Source: Acidobacteriota bacterium (lineage in GTDB: Bacteria; Acidobacteriota; Vicinamibacteria; Vicinamibacterales; UBA8438). Taken from it: a stretch of 64,000 nucleotides of DNA. The translations under genes and the position numbers were made by a program. The notes below the pieces were generated by a model. The model did no database searches. It worked only from the letters and a program-made list of their open reading frames with translations, and had not been told where the DNA came from. Position 1 is the first letter of the stretch, and the number at the start of each line of letters is the position of its first letter. Where the stretch lies: assembly GCA_009861545.1 (NCBI GenBank), contig VXME01000076.1, forward strand, positions 75,325 through 139,324, written 5' to 3'. Of the stretch, positions 44,776 to 54,758 are shown piece by piece.

Positions 44776-45122
44776 AACGGCGTGGATCAGGTCCCTCGGG
44801 CACAAGGCGGCGACGGTCTTATCGTCCACACACGAACACGGTTGCGGGAGGGGGCAGGCGGGCATCCGTCCGTCCGTGCTCGGGCTGTTGATTGCGGCGG
44901 CGCGCTGCGTGTCGCGGCCCTTGTGCGGCACTTCCGTCGACCGCTCGCCGCGGAGCCTCCGCATCGGTCTTGCGCGCGGCGCTCGCGGCGCCACACATGG
45001 TTGCAAGTGGTTCATTCCGTGCGACTTGCTTGCACGGGACGTGCACCGTGCCGGTCGCTGCCGGTCGTTCGACATCCTGGATCATCGCCGGTCGCAAGGA
45101 CGGTTGGTCCGTCGGGCGGGAA

Positions 45123-45152
45123 TCCACAGAAGCTGTGGAAAAGCCTGTGGAA
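45123..45152. promoter_or_regulatory. candidate operator: inverted repeat TCCACAG-AAG-CTGTGGA plus a third CTGTGGAA half-site 12 bp downstream
   Basis: Read directly. Lies in a 620-bp non-coding gap about 250 bp upstream of PQQ dehydrogenase 2. Confidence 0.2.
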
Positions 45153-45395
45153 GAACGCGTCGTTCCCGTGAAGGCGATGCGTCAATTCGGACGGGTTCAG
45201 CGATTTGCACCATCGCGGGGCGTGACCATCGGCCCCACGTGAGTGCACGGATGGATCGCATGCCGCGGCGGCGCCCGGGACACCGCTCGGTTCACGCCGG
45301 TGAGCCGCCTGTGGTGTTTGGTACGTGCTATGGTGCCTTCAACGGAATCGACGCATTTGTCACGGCCGCAGGCCTGCGGTCGAAGGGAGTCCACG

Positions 45396-47096
45396 ATGAC
45401 TCGTCCCGTCGCGATTGTCACCCTCGCCGCCCTCGTCGTGCTCGCCGTCCTGGCGCAGGCCGCACCGGCGGCCGCCCAGGCCCCCGCCGTCAGTTCCGTC
45501 ACCGACGCGGTGCTGGCGGACCCGCCGCCGGAGAGCTGGCTGAACTGGCGCCGGACGCAGGACGGCTGGGGGTACAGCCCCCTGGATCGGATCACGCGCG
45601 AGAACGTCGGCAATCTCCGCATGGTCTGGTCGTGGGCGATGGAGCCGGGTTCGCAGCAGACCACGCCGATCATCCACGAGGGGGTGATGTACCTGGCGAG
45701 TCCCGGCAACATCGTGCAGGCGCTCGACGCCGCCACCGGCGACATGCTGTGGGAGTACCGCCGGCAGTTCCCCACCGCGCGGGGCCGCGGGCGTCCCAAC
45801 CGCAACATCGCGATCTACCAGGACAAGATCATCCTGAACACCGCCGACGCGAACATCGTGGCCCTGGATGCGCGGACCGGCGAGATCGTGTGGGAGGCGG
45901 AGGTCGCCGACTCGTCGAAGGGCTTCTTCTTCAGCAGCGGCGCGCTGGTGGTGGAGGGCGTGGTGGTCTCCGGGATGGCCGGCTGCCTGCGGTTCTGGGA
46001 GGAGGGCTGCTTCATCACCGGGCACGACGCCGAGACCGGGCGCGAGCTGTGGCGGACGTCTACCGTGGCGCGGCCGGGCGAGCCGGGGGGCGATACCTGG
46101 GGCGACCTGCCGATGATGTTCCGCGGCGGCGGCGACGCCTGGATCGCCGGCAGCTACGATGCGGATCTCGGCCTCACCTACTGGGGCGTGGCGCAGGCCA
46201 AGCCCTGGGCCCAGGTGAGCCGCCGCACCGACGCGGACGCGCTCTACACCAGCTCGACCCTCGCGCTCGATCCCGCGACCGGCGAGATGCGCTGGTACTT
46301 CCAGCACCTGCCGGGAGAGTCCCACGACATGGACGAGACCTTCGAGCGCATCCTCGTCGAGGTCGACGGACGGCCGTCGGTCTTCACGATGGGCAAGCTC
46401 GGCATCCTGTGGCAGCTCGACCGCGAGACCGGCGGGTTCATCAACGCCACCGACCTCGGCTACCAGAACATCGTCGACATCGAGCCCGAGACCGGACGCA
46501 TGTCGTTCCGCCCCGGCATGATGCCGGTCCTGGACGAGGAGCTGTCGTTCTGCCCGAGCCACTCGGGCCTCAAGAGCTGGCGGGCTATGGCCTACAGCCC
46601 CGAGACCGAGGCGTTCTACATTCCCCTGACGCTCAACTGCCAGCGGACCATATACAGCGAGGTCGAGTTCCGCGAGGGCGGCGGCGGCGCCGGGATGGTG
46701 TTCCGCGAGAACTTTCTGCACCCGGACAGCGATGGGAACATGGGCGAGTTCGTCGCGATGCACGTCAGCGGCGAGATCCTCTGGTCGCATCGCAAGCGGT
46801 CGCCCTACATCTCGGCGGCGCTGACGACGGCCGGCGGCCTGACGTTCGTCGGCACCTACGACCGGCGGGCGTACGCTTACGACATCGCGACCGGCGAAGA
46901 GCTCTGGCAGACGCGCCTGCCGACCGCGGTGCAGGGGTTCCCCGTCACCTACAGCGTGGATGGCCGGCAGTACGTCGCGATCGGCACCGGCACGGGGGGC
47001 GGGAGCTGGACGACGATGCCGGCGGAACTGATCCCCGACGTACGGCGTCCGAACGCCGGCAACGGCCTGTTCGTGTTCGCACTGCCCGTGAAGTGA
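45396..47096 (+). CDS. PQQ-dependent dehydrogenase, methanol/ethanol family (paralogue 2; no vicinal Cys pair)
   Basis: AAGGGAG RBS, start ATG 45396 and a signal peptide. SWLNWRRTQDGWGYSPLDRI is present. The active-site region is GESHDMDETFE (Asp311-x-Asp313). Confidence 0.9.
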   Translation: MTRPVAIVTLAALVVLAVLAQAAPAAAQAPAVSSVTDAVLADPPPESWLNWRRTQDGWGYSPLDRITRENVGNLRMVWSWAMEPGSQQTTPIIHEGVMYLASPGNIVQALDAATGDMLWEYRRQFPTARGRGRPNRNIAIYQDKIILNTADANIVALDARTGEIVWEAEVADSSKGFFFSSGALVVEGVVVSGMAGCLRFWEEGCFITGHDAETGRELWRTSTVARPGEPGGDTWGDLPMMFRGGGDAWIAGSYDADLGLTYWGVAQAKPWAQVSRRTDADALYTSSTLALDPATGEMRWYFQHLPGESHDMDETFERILVEVDGRPSVFTMGKLGILWQLDRETGGFINATDLGYQNIVDIEPETGRMSFRPGMMPVLDEELSFCPSHSGLKSWRAMAYSPETEAFYIPLTLNCQRTIYSEVEFREGGGGAGMVFRENFLHPDSDGNMGEFVAMHVSGEILWSHRKRSPYISAALTTAGGLTFVGTYDRRAYAYDIATGEELWQTRLPTAVQGFPVTYSVDGRQYVAIGTGTGGGSWTTMPAELIPDVRRPNAGNGLFVFALPVK

Positions 47097-47125
47097 GCAC
47101 GGCGTTCAGCAGGGAGAGGTTCGCC

Positions 47126-47455
47126 ATGGCGGAGTACACGTACGAGCAACTGAAGCACAAGACGATCGGCGATCTGCGCGAGATTGCCCGCGGCCTGGAC
47201 CACGAGGCGGTGCAGGGATTCTCGCAGCTCAACAAGGAGCACCTGCTGCCGGGGCTCTGCAAGGCCCTGGGGATCGACACCCACGAGCACCACCACGTGG
47301 TGGGCGGGTTCGACAAGAACGGCGCCAAGAAGACGATGCGGGCGCTGAAGGCCGAGAAGCAGTCTGCGTTCGAGGCGGGCGACCGCGCGCGGGTGAAGAT
47401 GCTGCAGCGGCGCATCCACCGGATCAACCACCAGATCCGGGCCCACGTGCGGTGA
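47126..47455 (+). CDS. small Rho_N/SAP-like domain protein with His-rich segment
   Basis: GGGAGAGG RBS. YEQLKHKTIGDLREIARGLDHEAVQGFSQLNKEHLL resembles the Rho N-terminal domain, and THEHHHV is His-rich. It is the only genuine part of the 859-aa ORF 44876..47455. Confidence 0.6.
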   Translation: MAEYTYEQLKHKTIGDLREIARGLDHEAVQGFSQLNKEHLLPGLCKALGIDTHEHHHVVGGFDKNGAKKTMRALKAEKQSAFEAGDRARVKMLQRRIHRINHQIRAHVR

Positions 47456-47558
47456 GCAGGCCGGGGAGTGAGACCCGCGCCGCATCCGCGCGCACGCGCC
47501 GAGGCTGGTCCCGGCCGGGTCCTGCGTCCGGCCTTGGCGTAGATGAGGCTCGGCTCGA

Positions 47559-48011
47559 TTAGCTGATGCCGAGCAGCTCGACCTCGAAGAGCAGGGTCGC
47601 GTCGCCGGGGATGGGGCCCTGCCCACTGCTGCCGTAGCCGAGTTCGGGCGGAATGACGATGCGCCGGAGACCGCCGACCCGCATCCCGAGCACCCCCTGG
47701 TCCCAGCCGGCGATCACGCCACCGGCCCCCAGCGTGAACTCGAACGGGTCGCGCGACCGACTGGAGTCGAACTCCATGCCCTTGTTCTCGGCGGCGTTCG
47801 GGTCGTAGAGCCAGCCGGTGTAGTGCACCGAGAGCGTGTCCCCGTTCATGGCCTCCTGCCCGGTTCCCACGGTCAGGTCTTCGGTGCTGAACGGCACGTC
47901 GAGCCCTACGCTGGGGGAAGTGGGCGAGGTGGGGCCGCCGTTGCCGTCATCGCCGCCGCACGCCACGGCAAGCAGCAGCGCCGGAATCAGGAGAACGAAT
48001 CGCCGCATCAT
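47559..48011 (-). CDS. FKBP-type peptidyl-prolyl isomerase lipoprotein
   Basis: Lipobox LLAVAC. FKBP core VHYTGWL..G..FDSS...[35 protein letters not shown]. Confidence 0.9.
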   Translation of the reverse strand: MMRRFVLLIPALLLAVACGGDDGNGGPTSPTSPSVGLDVPFSTEDLTVGTGQEAMNGDTLSVHYTGWLYDPNAAENKGMEFDSSRSRDPFEFTLGAGGVIAGWDQGVLGMRVGGLRRIVIPPELGYGSSGQGPIPGDATLLFEVELLGIS

Positions 48012-48039
48012 GTATGCCTCCACGTGATAGCGTACAACG

Positions 48040-48477
48040 ATGCCGGGCCTGCTCTTTCTCTGCGTCGCCAACTCCGCGCGCAGCCAGATGGCCGAAGGGC
48101 TCGCGCGGGCGCGGTTCGGCGACCGCGTCCGGATTGCCAGCGCCGGGTCGTCGCCTGCCGCGGTCAATCCATTCGCCATCGCCGCGCTCGACGAGGTCGG
48201 GATCGACATCAGCGGGCAGCGTTCCAGGAGCGTGGAGACGATCGACCCGGCGTCGGTGGATCTCGTCGTGACGTTGTGCGCCGAGGAGGTCTGCCCGGCG
48301 TTCCTGGGGACGGCGCGGCGGTTGCACTGGCCGCTGCCGGACCCCGCCGGCGGGGCCGGGTCCGACGCGGAGAAGCTCGATGGGTTCCGCGCCGTCCGCG
48401 ACGAGATCGCGCGGCGTCTGGGGGCCCTGGACGAGCTGCTGTCCGACGCGAGGGCCGAAGCGGCCACGGAAGGCTGA
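48040..48477 (+). CDS. ArsC-type low-molecular-weight phosphatase family protein (arsenate reductase/LMW-PTP)
   Basis: P-loop [13 protein letters not shown] and distal cysteines TLCAEEVCP. Confidence 0.8.
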   Translation: MPGLLFLCVANSARSQMAEGLARARFGDRVRIASAGSSPAAVNPFAIAALDEVGIDISGQRSRSVETIDPASVDLVVTLCAEEVCPAFLGTARRLHWPLPDPAGGAGSDAEKLDGFRAVRDEIARRLGALDELLSDARAEAATEG

Positions 48478-48480
48478 TCC

Positions 48481-49686
48481 ATGTTCCTGCCGCTCGGCGA
48501 CGAGCCGAACCCGCGCGGCGTGCCGGTTGTCACCTACACCCTGATCGGCATCAATGTCGCGGTGTTCCTGTTCGTGACGCTGCCGCTGAGCGCCGTCCGC
48601 CCCGCCCTGGACGACCCCGCGCTCTTCGAGTACCTGAACGCGATTCGCCCGCAGCTCCCAAGCCGGATGGAGGCGGAGCGGCTGCTCATGCAGGTCTCGG
48701 CCTACGATCTCGTCGTCTTCTCCTACGGCTTCCGGCCGGCCGACCCGAGCGCGATCGCGCTGCTGACCTCGTTGTTCCTCCACGGCGGGTTCATGCACCT
48801 GGCCGGCAACATGCTCTTCCTCTGGATCTACGGCGACAACGTCGAGCATCGCCTCGGTCCGGCGCGCTACCTGGTGGCGTATCTCGGCACCGGATTCCTG
48901 GCCACTCTGTCCCACGCGGTGCTGGACTTCGGATCCGTCCTGCCGATGGTCGGTGCGTCGGGCGCCATCTCCGGCGTGCTCGGGTTCTACTTCATCTGGT
49001 TTCCGAGGAACCGGGTGCGGTTGTGGATCATGCTGTTCCCGTTCTTCATGCACGTGATCTACGCGCCCGCGCGGCTGGTGCTGGGGATGTACCTGATCGT
49101 CGACAACCTGCTGCCGTTCCTCGTGACGCGGGGCGCCGGCGGCGGCGTGGCCTACGGCGCGCACATCGGCGGCTTTCTCGGCGGCCTGGCCTACGCCTGG
49201 TGGAGCGAGCGGCGCGAGGTGCAGCGCCGGCCGCGGGACTTCGAGCCGGATCCGGACCCGGCCGAACCCGCCTTCGACGCGGATCCGTCATCGGTGCGCG
49301 GCGTGCGGCAGTTGATCGCCGCCGGCGAGCACGGCCGGGCCGCGGCCGAGTACTTCCGCCTGAGCGCGGCGCGCACGGCGCGGCTGCTGATGCCGGGCGA
49401 CTCCATCAACTTCGGACGCTGGCTGGCCAACAACGGGCATCCCGACGCGGCGCTGGTGGTCTATCAGCGGCACCTGCGCGACTACCCGCTCGGCCCCTAC
49501 GCGGCCGAGGCGCATCTGGGGGCAGGTCTGGTGCAGCTCTACGCGCGCGACCAGCCGACCGCCGCGTACCAGCACCTCGTCGCGGTGCTCGACGCCGATC
49601 CGCATCCCGATACGGAGGGCTACGCGCGCCGGGCATTGATGGAGATCGCCGCCCGCCAGAAGTTCCGGACGCCCCGCGTGCACTGA
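48481..49686 (+). CDS. rhomboid family intramembrane serine protease with C-terminal TPR-like domain
   Basis: [22 protein letters not shown] and the catalytic GASGAISGV. The C-terminal soluble domain is helical. Confidence 0.85.
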   Translation: MFLPLGDEPNPRGVPVVTYTLIGINVAVFLFVTLPLSAVRPALDDPALFEYLNAIRPQLPSRMEAERLLMQVSAYDLVVFSYGFRPADPSAIALLTSLFLHGGFMHLAGNMLFLWIYGDNVEHRLGPARYLVAYLGTGFLATLSHAVLDFGSVLPMVGASGAISGVLGFYFIWFPRNRVRLWIMLFPFFMHVIYAPARLVLGMYLIVDNLLPFLVTRGAGGGVAYGAHIGGFLGGLAYAWWSERREVQRRPRDFEPDPDPAEPAFDADPSSVRGVRQLIAAGEHGRAAAEYFRLSAARTARLLMPGDSINFGRWLANNGHPDAALVVYQRHLRDYPLGPYAAEAHLGAGLVQLYARDQPTAAYQHLVAVLDADPHPDTEGYARRALMEIAARQKFRTPRVH

Positions 49687-49742
49687 ACGTCGGCTGCCGC
49701 CGGATCGGTGCGGCGCGCGACGGCCGGCCGCGCCGGGCGCGA

Positions 49743-51245
49743 TCACGGCCGGCGGGGAATCGGTTCGGTGAGGTAGCCAATCAGCTCGCGTTTCCACCAG
49801 TCTCCGTCCTCCGCCTCCTCCGGCGTCGTGAACCGGTAGCGGTACAGCACGAGACGGACGAAGGCGGGCGGTTCGTCGGGGAACGGATTGTGCTCGAGCA
49901 GGCCGAGCGCGGTCGGATCGTTCTCCAGCACGCGATCGACCAGAGCGAACAGCCAGTGGGCCTGCCGTTGCGGGTCGAGCGCCGCAAACCACATCTGCCA
50001 GTCGAGGCGCGGCATGTGCGGTTGGACGAAGCCGGGCGCCCGCGCGAGGTCGCCGGCCTTCCAGGGGAACGCGTACTCCGTCCAGGCGACGCCGTCCGCC
50101 GATCCTTCCATCACGATCTCCGGCCGGTCGGTCGTCATCACCCGGAATAGGCCGTAGCCGTTGACGGATCGCAGCGGGGCCACGGCGCCGAGCAGCGCAT
50201 CGGACCAACCCGGCATCGGCGTCGGCCGCCGGATCTCTCGCACGAACGTCAGCGCGCTCAGGACCGCCAGGATCGTGACCGGCACCGCCATGGCCATGCC
50301 CCGCGCGCCCGGTCGAGGCGCTCCCCGCTGCGCGTATCCGGCCGGCGCCCGCAACCAGGGCAGCGCGCCCGCGATTACCGCGTCGTCCAGCAGGGAGATG
50401 TACAGCGTGACGGTCAGCAGGTTGAAGAAGCCGTAGTTGCCGCTGACCGCGATAAGCACCTGCAGCAGGCAGAGCAGGGCGCAGCCGGCGGTCCGAACGC
50501 GCCGGAAGCGGGGCGGGACCAGGATGACGAACGGCACGGCGAGCTCGATGAAGAACATCATCCCGACCGACACGGTCCCGAACCAGTCGGGGGCGTTGTG
50601 CGCGTACCAGCTCGCCCACGTGGGGATGGGCTGCGTCTCGTAGTGGTACCGCAGTGCGGTCAGGCCCCACCAGGTCTGGTCGTTGCTCAGCAGCTTGGTG
50701 ACGCCGGACAGAAAGGTCAGTTTGAACGCGAGCCCCCAGACCAGCCAGCGGGCCGCTGCGCTCTCCGGCCCTCGCGTCTCGATCGGCGGCCACCAGCCCC
50801 TTGGCGCGTAGAGCACGGCCAGCAGGCCGGTCTCCAGCAGCAGCAGGTCCCACTGGAAGAACAGGAAGTCCTGTCCGGCGACGGTCAGCGACAGGTACAC
50901 GGCCCAGAGCGATGGAAATACGGCGATGGGGGCGGCGCCGGCCATCGCGGCGACCGACAGGACGATTCCGAGCCAGCACAGCATCGCGAGCAGCGCGTCG
51001 CCCGGCCAGAGCCACAGCAGCGTCGGAAGCTGCACGTAGGCTTCGCGGCCCCACAGGTCGTGCGCCCGTTCGAGATAACCCGCGGCCGGGAGCAGGCCGT
51101 CCGATCCGACCAGGCCCGCGAGCTGCGGCGTGAGCGAGGCGAAGGCCACGAAGTAGACGAAGCCGAGCAGGCGGAGGAAGACGCCGCGGGACAGTGTGAA
51201 GCGGGGTGGATCGGCGGAGAGCAGGAGATGGCCGCTTACGGGCAC
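49743..51245 (-). CDS. lipase maturation factor (LMF1-like) family membrane protein
   Basis: Polytopic protein with the pattern FLRLLGFVYFVAFASL..QL.GLVGS.GLLP and a C-terminal ...HMPRLDWQMWFAAL. GTG start. Confidence 0.75.
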   Translation of the reverse strand: MPVSGHLLLSADPPRFTLSRGVFLRLLGFVYFVAFASLTPQLAGLVGSDGLLPAAGYLERAHDLWGREAYVQLPTLLWLWPGDALLAMLCWLGIVLSVAAMAGAAPIAVFPSLWAVYLSLTVAGQDFLFFQWDLLLLETGLLAVLYAPRGWWPPIETRGPESAAARWLVWGLAFKLTFLSGVTKLLSNDQTWWGLTALRYHYETQPIPTWASWYAHNAPDWFGTVSVGMMFFIELAVPFVILVPPRFRRVRTAGCALLCLLQVLIAVSGNYGFFNLLTVTLYISLLDDAVIAGALPWLRAPAGYAQRGAPRPGARGMAMAVPVTILAVLSALTFVREIRRPTPMPGWSDALLGAVAPLRSVNGYGLFRVMTTDRPEIVMEGSADGVAWTEYAFPWKAGDLARAPGFVQPHMPRLDWQMWFAALDPQRQAHWLFALVDRVLENDPTALGLLEHNPFPDEPPAFVRLVLYRYRFTTPEEAEDGDWWKRELIGYLTEPIPRRP

Positions 51246-51358
51246 GCCACATTCTATGTGGGTAGGCTATAGGCGTGAAAGCGGTACGGATCTGCCACCG
51301 GAACATCCTGGCGAACGGCCGGGGCGGCGATCCGACGGCTGACCGCGCCCTGCGCCGG

Positions 51359-51979
51359 TCAGCGCTCTTGCGGGACGAAGATGTCGCGGGCCGGCATTTC
51401 GACCGCCGGCAGCGTCGTGGCGTTCATCGCCTCGTCGGCCGCGATGAGACCGTTCTCTGCGAGGATCCAGGCGACGAGGCCGTAGACTTGGTCGGCCTCC
51501 AGCGTACCGGGCGCGTTCGACGGCATCGCGCGGCGGATGTAGTCGAACAGCGTCGTGGCGTAGGGCCAGTAGTTGCCGACCGAGTACGGCACGTCGGGAC
51601 CGTCGCCGCGCCATTCCTCGTAGCGCGGCCCGAACGGCGGCGTGGTCTCCGGCGTGTATCCGACCAGCCGATCCGCGATGCCGCCCTCGCCGGACTGTCC
51701 GTGGCAGACGGCGCACTGTCGCGCGTAGACCGGGGCGCCGCTCGCCGCCGTTCCCTCGCCCTCGGGCAGGCCGGTGCCGTCGGGCATGACGTCGATGTCC
51801 CAGGCGGCGATCTCCGCCGCGGTCGCGGCGCGGCCGAAGCCGAACGACTCGGGGATCGACTGCGCACCGTCACCGCCGGCGTTCTGTGCCGCGGCCGGCC
51901 CCGCAAGCAGGAAACCGGCGGCGCTCAGCGCCAGCGCGGCGACGACCAGCGATGTCGTCAACGTCCCCTTCTGCGTCAC
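51359..51979 (-). CDS. sorB: c-type cytochrome subunit of sulfite dehydrogenase (SorB-like)
   Basis: GTG 51979 overlaps the sorA stop (GTGA). Has a signal peptide and the haem motif CAVCH. Confidence 0.75.
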   Translation of the reverse strand: MTQKGTLTTSLVVAALALSAAGFLLAGPAAAQNAGGDGAQSIPESFGFGRAATAAEIAAWDIDVMPDGTGLPEGEGTAASGAPVYARQCAVCHGQSGEGGIADRLVGYTPETTPPFGPRYEEWRGDGPDVPYSVGNYWPYATTLFDYIRRAMPSNAPGTLEADQVYGLVAWILAENGLIAADEAMNATTLPAVEMPARDIFVPQER

Positions 51980-53184
51980 GCGTCCCACGGCGGCTCCTCC
52001 CGGTAGTAGACCTGCCCGTTCGGCTGGATGCGCCACGCGGTGATCGGGTTGAGGTGATACCCGCGCGCGCGGCGGCCGCGAACGGCGCGCAGCGCGGCCC
52101 GCGTCGGCTGGACGTAGCCGGTGTCGTCGGTGGCCCGGCTCATTATCTCGGTCCCGGAGCCATCCCAGCGCCACAGGTGCCGGAAGCGGGTGTGCGCCTG
52201 CCGCAGGACCGGCTCCTGCAGGCTCGCCTCCTGCCAGGTGCGGCCACCGTCGGTGCTGACGTCCACTTTCGCGATGGTGCCCCGCCCCGACCACGCGACG
52301 CCGCGGAGCTCGATCCAGCCCGGCTCGACCACGTCCGGCCAGGCCGGCGAGGTGATGATCGAACGGGCGTCGAAGACGAAGCTGAACTGCCGCGCCGTGC
52401 CGTCGGCCAGCGGGTCGGTGTACTTCGAGGTCTCCTCGCGCGTCATGAACGGGGCGTCGGCCAGCTCGATGCGGCGCAGCCACTTGACGTTGGAGTTGCC
52501 CTCCCAGCCCGGCAGCAGGAGCCGCGCCGGGTAGCCCTGCGACGGCCGCAGCGCCTCGCCGTTCTGCGCGTAGGCGACCATCGCGTCGTCCCAGGCCTTC
52601 TCCATGGGGACGCTGCGTGTCATCACCGCGGCGTCCTGTCCCTCGGCCAGGAACCACGTCGCGTCGGGGCTCGCGCCGACCTCGCGGAACAGCGTGGCGA
52701 GCGACACGCCGGTCCACTCGGTGGTGGAGGTCATGCCGCAGACCAGCTCCGGCTTCGTTTCCGGTCCGGCGCCCGTGGGATAGTTGCCGGAGCACTCCAG
52801 GAAGCAGATGCGCGACGTGGCGGGGAAGCGCTTCAACTCGGCGAGCGTGAGGATCGTCGGCCGCTCGACCAGCCCGTGGATCAGGAGCCGGTAGTCGTCG
52901 GGGTCGACCGCCGGCACGCCGCCGTGGTGCCGCTCGAAGTGGAGGTCCGACGGCGTGATCATGCCGTGGAGATCCTGCAGCGGCGTCCGCGACGAGAGGC
53001 CGGTGACCCTGCCGCGCGCCAGCGGCTCGTGGGGCGACCGCGCCCCGAGCGCGCTCGCCGGCCCCCCCGGGGACTTCGTGGTGTCCTGCGCGTGGACGCG
53101 CTGGCCGACCGGCGCAAGCGTGGCGGCGCCGATGGCGCCCGCCGCGCCGGTCAGGATATCCCTGCGGGTGACTGTTCTCGCCAT
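51976..53184 (-). CDS. sorA: molybdopterin sulfite oxidase/dehydrogenase catalytic subunit (SorA-like)
   Basis: GGAGGGA RBS and Tat leader MARTVTRRDILTG. The molybdopterin Cys is in FLECSGN, and there is a C-terminal dimerisation domain. Confidence 0.9.
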   Translation of the reverse strand: MARTVTRRDILTGAAGAIGAATLAPVGQRVHAQDTTKSPGGPASALGARSPHEPLARGRVTGLSSRTPLQDLHGMITPSDLHFERHHGGVPAVDPDDYRLLIHGLVERPTILTLAELKRFPATSRICFLECSGNYPTGAGPETKPELVCGMTSTTEWTGVSLATLFREVGASPDATWFLAEGQDAAVMTRSVPMEKAWDDAMVAYAQNGEALRPSQGYPARLLLPGWEGNSNVKWLRRIELADAPFMTREETSKYTDPLADGTARQFSFVFDARSIITSPAWPDVVEPGWIELRGVAWSGRGTIAKVDVSTDGGRTWQEASLQEPVLRQAHTRFRHLWRWDGSGTEIMSRATDDTGYVQPTRAALRAVRGRRARGYHLNPITAWRIQPNGQVYYREEPPWDA

Positions 53185-53355
53185 GGGTCCTCCCTCCGTG
53201 AGACGCGCGCGGGGCGCCGATGATCTCCTCCGATTCCGGAAACCGCTGCTCGGCGTGCTTCGAGGAAGATCATCCTGCCGTCCGCGACGACGTCGAATAT
53301 CCTGTTGGTTGTCTCCGTATACTACCCGTTGCGCGAATCCGCGTGAACCGGCACG

Positions 53356-53976
53356 TTGCCCCTGTACCGCGAGCGCCTGCTTCGAGCCGCGGGTGCGGGC
53401 GGCGTTCGAGCGTGCGCCGGCAATGCACGCGGACGGCGAATCCGCGTGACGGAGGCGGCGAACGGAGTGGCCGAGGTGGCGAGCCGGGGAGCGGCGGGTG
53501 GGGAAGTACCGGCCGCGGTGCTGCGCCGGGTGTGCGGGCTGCTCGACGAATGCGCCATTCCCTTCCAGTTGACGGGCGACGTCGCCGCCGCCGCGTACGG
53601 CGCCCCGCGCCCGATCCGCAGCGTGGAGTTGTTCATCGCGGCCGAGCACGTGCCCGCGCTGCTGCGGCGGGCGGAGGAGCACGTCGTCGACTATCCCTGG
53701 CGTCGGCGCGACGACGCCTGGGACCGCGTCGCCCTGTCGCTGTCCTTCGACGGGGTGACTATCGACGTCTGCATCGCGGAAGCGGCCCGGTTACGGGAGG
53801 CGGCGACGGGAGCGTGGCGGGAGGCGGCCATCGACCCCGCGGTGTCCGTGACCGTGAAGGTCCGGGGCGTGGAGGCGCCGGTGATGCCGCGCAGGCAGCT
53901 TCTGGATCAGAAGCGCCGGCTCGACCGCGAGGTCGACCGGCAGGATCTCCGGGACCTCGCCCGGGAGGATCCGTGA
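53356..53976 (+). CDS. hypothetical protein, degenerate nucleotidyltransferase-fold-like
   Basis: LTGDVAAAAYGAPRPIRSVELFI resembles a GG..G..R.T.DIDL NTase motif, but the acidic residues are replaced. The start is uncertain (ATG 53356 or GTG 53446). Confidence 0.4.
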   Translation: MPLYRERLLRAAGAGGVRACAGNARGRRIRVTEAANGVAEVASRGAAGGEVPAAVLRRVCGLLDECAIPFQLTGDVAAAAYGAPRPIRSVELFIAAEHVPALLRRAEEHVVDYPWRRRDDAWDRVALSLSFDGVTIDVCIAEAARLREAATGAWREAAIDPAVSVTVKVRGVEAPVMPRRQLLDQKRRLDREVDRQDLRDLAREDP

Positions 53977-54078
53977 CGCGCGGCAATGCAGTACGATATC
54001 CGGCCCCCGTGGGCGTCCGCGCTCCGGGGTTCGCTATGCTGAAAAAGACGTGGGTTCTGCCTGCGTCGAGGAGGAACG

Positions 54079-54738
54079 ATGCTGTTCGCCAATCCAGCCA
54101 GTCTGCGTATGCCGACCGCGGCGGAGGCGTTGCCCGGCCGTGACGCGACGCTGCCGGTGCCGGCGGGGCACTTCGTGCACGGCCGCCCGATCGTCCCGCC
54201 GTTTCCGGAGGGGACCCGCAAGGCGGTGTTCGGCCTGGGTTGCTTCTGGGGCGCCGAGCGGACGTTCTGGGAGCTCGACGGCGTCTACTCGACCGCCGTC
54301 GGCTATGCCGGCGGGTTCACGAAGAACCCGACGTACGAAGAGGTGTGCAGCGGCGGGACGGGCCACTCGGAGGTGGTGCTCGTCGTTTACGACCCGCGCG
54401 TCATCGACTTCGAAGGCCTGTTGAAGGTCTTCTGGGAGAGCCACGACCCGACCCAGGGGATGCGGCAGGGCAACGACGTCGGCACGCAGTACCGCTCCGC
54501 CATCTTCGTGGACGACGCGCAACAGCAGCGCGCCGCCGATGCCTCGCGCGACGCCTACCAGCCGGGACTGACCGCGGCCGGCTACGGTCCGATCACGACC
54601 GAGATCCGCACGGCGCCGCCCTTCTTCCACGCCGAGGAGTACCACCAGCAGTATCTGGCGAAGAACCCCGGCGGCTACTGTGGTCTCGGCGGGACCGGCG
54701 TCGCCTGCCCCCGACCGGCGGAAGTCTCGCAAGCCTGA
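54079..54738 (+). CDS. msrA: peptide-methionine (S)-S-oxide reductase
   Basis: [20 protein letters not shown] active site and GHSEVV, YHQQYL motifs. Confidence 0.95.
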   Translation: MLFANPASLRMPTAAEALPGRDATLPVPAGHFVHGRPIVPPFPEGTRKAVFGLGCFWGAERTFWELDGVYSTAVGYAGGFTKNPTYEEVCSGGTGHSEVVLVVYDPRVIDFEGLLKVFWESHDPTQGMRQGNDVGTQYRSAIFVDDAQQQRAADASRDAYQPGLTAAGYGPITTEIRTAPPFFHAEEYHQQYLAKNPGGYCGLGGTGVACPRPAEVSQA

Positions 54739-54758
54739 GGGGAGCCGGCTGCGGCCCG

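Noticed and set aside
45008-45022. Possible sigma-54 promoter TGGTTCATTCCGTGC (GG-N10-GC) upstream of PQQ dehydrogenase 2
   Set aside because: Only the invariant GG/GC dinucleotides and the spacing match. The flanking consensus (TGGCAC / TTGCW) is poor, it lies ~375 bp from the start codon, and no enhancer-binding protein gene is nearby.
44876-47455. 859-aa ORF spanning the intergenic gap and PQQ dehydrogenase 2
   Set aside because: It is in a different frame from the dehydrogenase and is low-complexity for ~750 codons. Only the last 110 codons (47126..47455, with their own RBS and ATG) look genuine.
53356-53445. First 30 codons of ORF 53356..53976
   Set aside because: The composition (RLLRAAGAGGVRACAGNARGRRIR) looks non-coding, so the real start may be GTG 53446. 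The whole gene is kept only at low confidence.
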